Assembly: GCF_039654945.1 (NCBI RefSeq)
Contig: NW_027361694.1
Span: 16,244,001-16,308,000 of the forward strand
Reading direction: 5' to 3'
Length of the DNA stretch: 64,000 bases
Source: Dendrobates tinctorius
Taxonomy: Eukaryota
The notes under the pieces were generated by a model. That model was given only the letters and a program-made list of their open reading frames with translations. It did no database searches and was not told the origin of the DNA. Below, in pieces: positions 62,311 through 64,000 of this stretch. Positions within the stretch are counted from its first letter, which is position 1, and every line of letters begins with the position of its first letter. Both the position numbers and the translations under genes were made by a program.

Positions 62311-63049
62311 GATCGCAGCCGGGCACTATATGCACCTGTTTTGCAGTCGTTACACCCCAGTCCTCTTTCGGGCACAGGACATCCACCTCCGGTTCACCTC
62401 CGAGCACAGGACTGTCCACTTCCGAGCCCACTTACCATGGATGACTTGCACTGCTGTGTACGCTGAGGGTGCCAGGCTATTCAGCTGCCCTGTCTGCTGG
62501 ACTGCGCTGCTTCACACACACAGCCAGCGCTCTGCAGGCCTCTATTCTTCACATGAGCACACCAGACACGGATTCTCCACCTGACACACTCATACCCCTT
62601 ACTACAGAGATTTTAACTCAGAACCTGTGGCCTTCTGTCACATAGAAAACCTAGACTGGAAATGAAACGGACTGCACCACTGATACACTACAGTGAGTTT
62701 TAAAACACCCATTCCAGAGCAGGTTTTCCCTACATCTACCTTCGACACTAGCATGTCCAAGACTAACAATTAATTCTATTATCAGTCTGCATTGCAGTCA
62801 CAGCTACGCCCGTGACTGCCATGCACACCTATGGATTTCATACGTCTCCATGTACAACCTGGGGAGAACACACAATGACCCCTACCTGTGACATCGGTCA
62901 CTGCTTCACCATTGCAATCCCATCTATGCCTGTGTCCACAATGCATTCCCATAGGCTCAATAAGCCTCCATGCATATCCTAGGGAGAACGTACAGCGTCC
63001 CCTAGCTGTAACAGGGGTCACTACTTCACAGACCCTAAATTCAGGAAGT

Positions 63050-63720
63050 CTGGAAAATTTTAACTGAAATGACAGATATACTATGAATGTAGATATACTG
63101 TAGCTACAGACACTTCTTTAAATTTCCACAGAATCACTTGCCCCCTCCTTTAAATGTTTGCAAAAAGAGATTTATTGTTTAAAATGACTTATTTTCAATA
63201 TATTTTTTAGGAACAACAACTTTAAAATAAGGGGACTGGCGAAAAAGATCACACCACCATCGTTAAAAGGTTATATTTCTCAGATGGCGTCTCATTTAAT
63301 TCCGGATCTTCCTAAAGAAAACCCAGTGATTAAGGCCTTCAAAATCCTAAAACCAAATAAACTCCCAACATGAAGCTGAAGAGATGTAATTGTTACTTTT
63401 AAATCTACACAAATAAGTAACAACTTACTTGCTTTAACTAGGAATGCTACGAAACTTTCAACTCCATATTAATCCGTCCTGCTTTTTAAAGATCTAACTA
63501 AAACAACAATTCAAGATAGAAAATCCTTCATATTCACAACCAAGGCCCTTCTTCATGCAGGAATAAAATACAAATGGTACCAATCCGCTACATTCGTTAC
63601 AAGTTCAACTTGGCAAAAAATTCCATGCTATTGACTCATCAGACAAAAAGTTTTGATCTCCTTCGACAATTGAGAATTTCTACAAAACCACCAATTTATT
63701 CTCCATTCGTGACTTAAACC
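63050..63720 (+). pseudogene. Third, highly decayed L1-like ORF1 relic
   Basis: NNFKIRGL, RDVIVTF, LFKDLTKTTIQDRK and ALLHAGIKYKW fragments by manual translation. Confidence 0.65.
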
Positions 63721-64000
63721 TGGTTTATAAGTAACTCTAATGATCTGGCATTTGACGGAATCTCTTTTCTTCTCATCTTTATACTATGAATGGCTGCATA
63801 AATCTGACTTAAATTTTCAAATTGTGATCCATATCCAAACTGTGATATGGATCACAATTTGGAATACAAGAATCTTATAATGCCTCACTTGGATTACAAT
63901 TATTGGACATTGCTTCAACTAAACCACTTTCTTTGGATTACAATTTAACTAATAATGGTTTTTCAACTATGGGCTCCTTGGGGTATAATGGACAAGATTT

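Noticed and set aside
63818-63861. 18-bp-arm hairpin as a terminator or miRNA
   Set aside because: Eukaryotic repeat context and too short; most simply a local inverted duplication.

Overview
Eukaryotic vertebrate DNA, most likely from a frog. This is inferred from the repeat repertoire: TTAA-flanked piggyBac-type and Kolobok/T2-type MITEs, TWA-flanked Harbinger-type MITEs, a V-SINE-like SINE, L1, L2, CR1 and Penelope relics. I found no host-gene exon I can support, so the window looks intronic or intergenic and is mostly nested transposons. Two degenerate L1 elements (about 5798-17600 and 47192-62310) each carry a roughly 6 kb non-autonomous piggyBac-type element (7765-14010; 51940-57698, inverted) with a 373/389-bp tandem array and telomere-like repeats. 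Other landmarks are a hAT transposase element, near-complete Tc1, mariner and DD41D relics, a solo LTR with a CTCF site, and several Penelope-derived segments with minimal hammerhead ribozyme motifs, including a 458-bp zero-spacer palindrome. The most intriguing pattern is that MITEs of different superfamilies share an internal architecture: a palindromic promoter-like core bracketed by outward-facing 5' splice-donor motifs. One such core is shared between a TA-flanked MITE and a hAT MITE. All calls were made by eye without database searches, and boundaries without a TSD are approximate.
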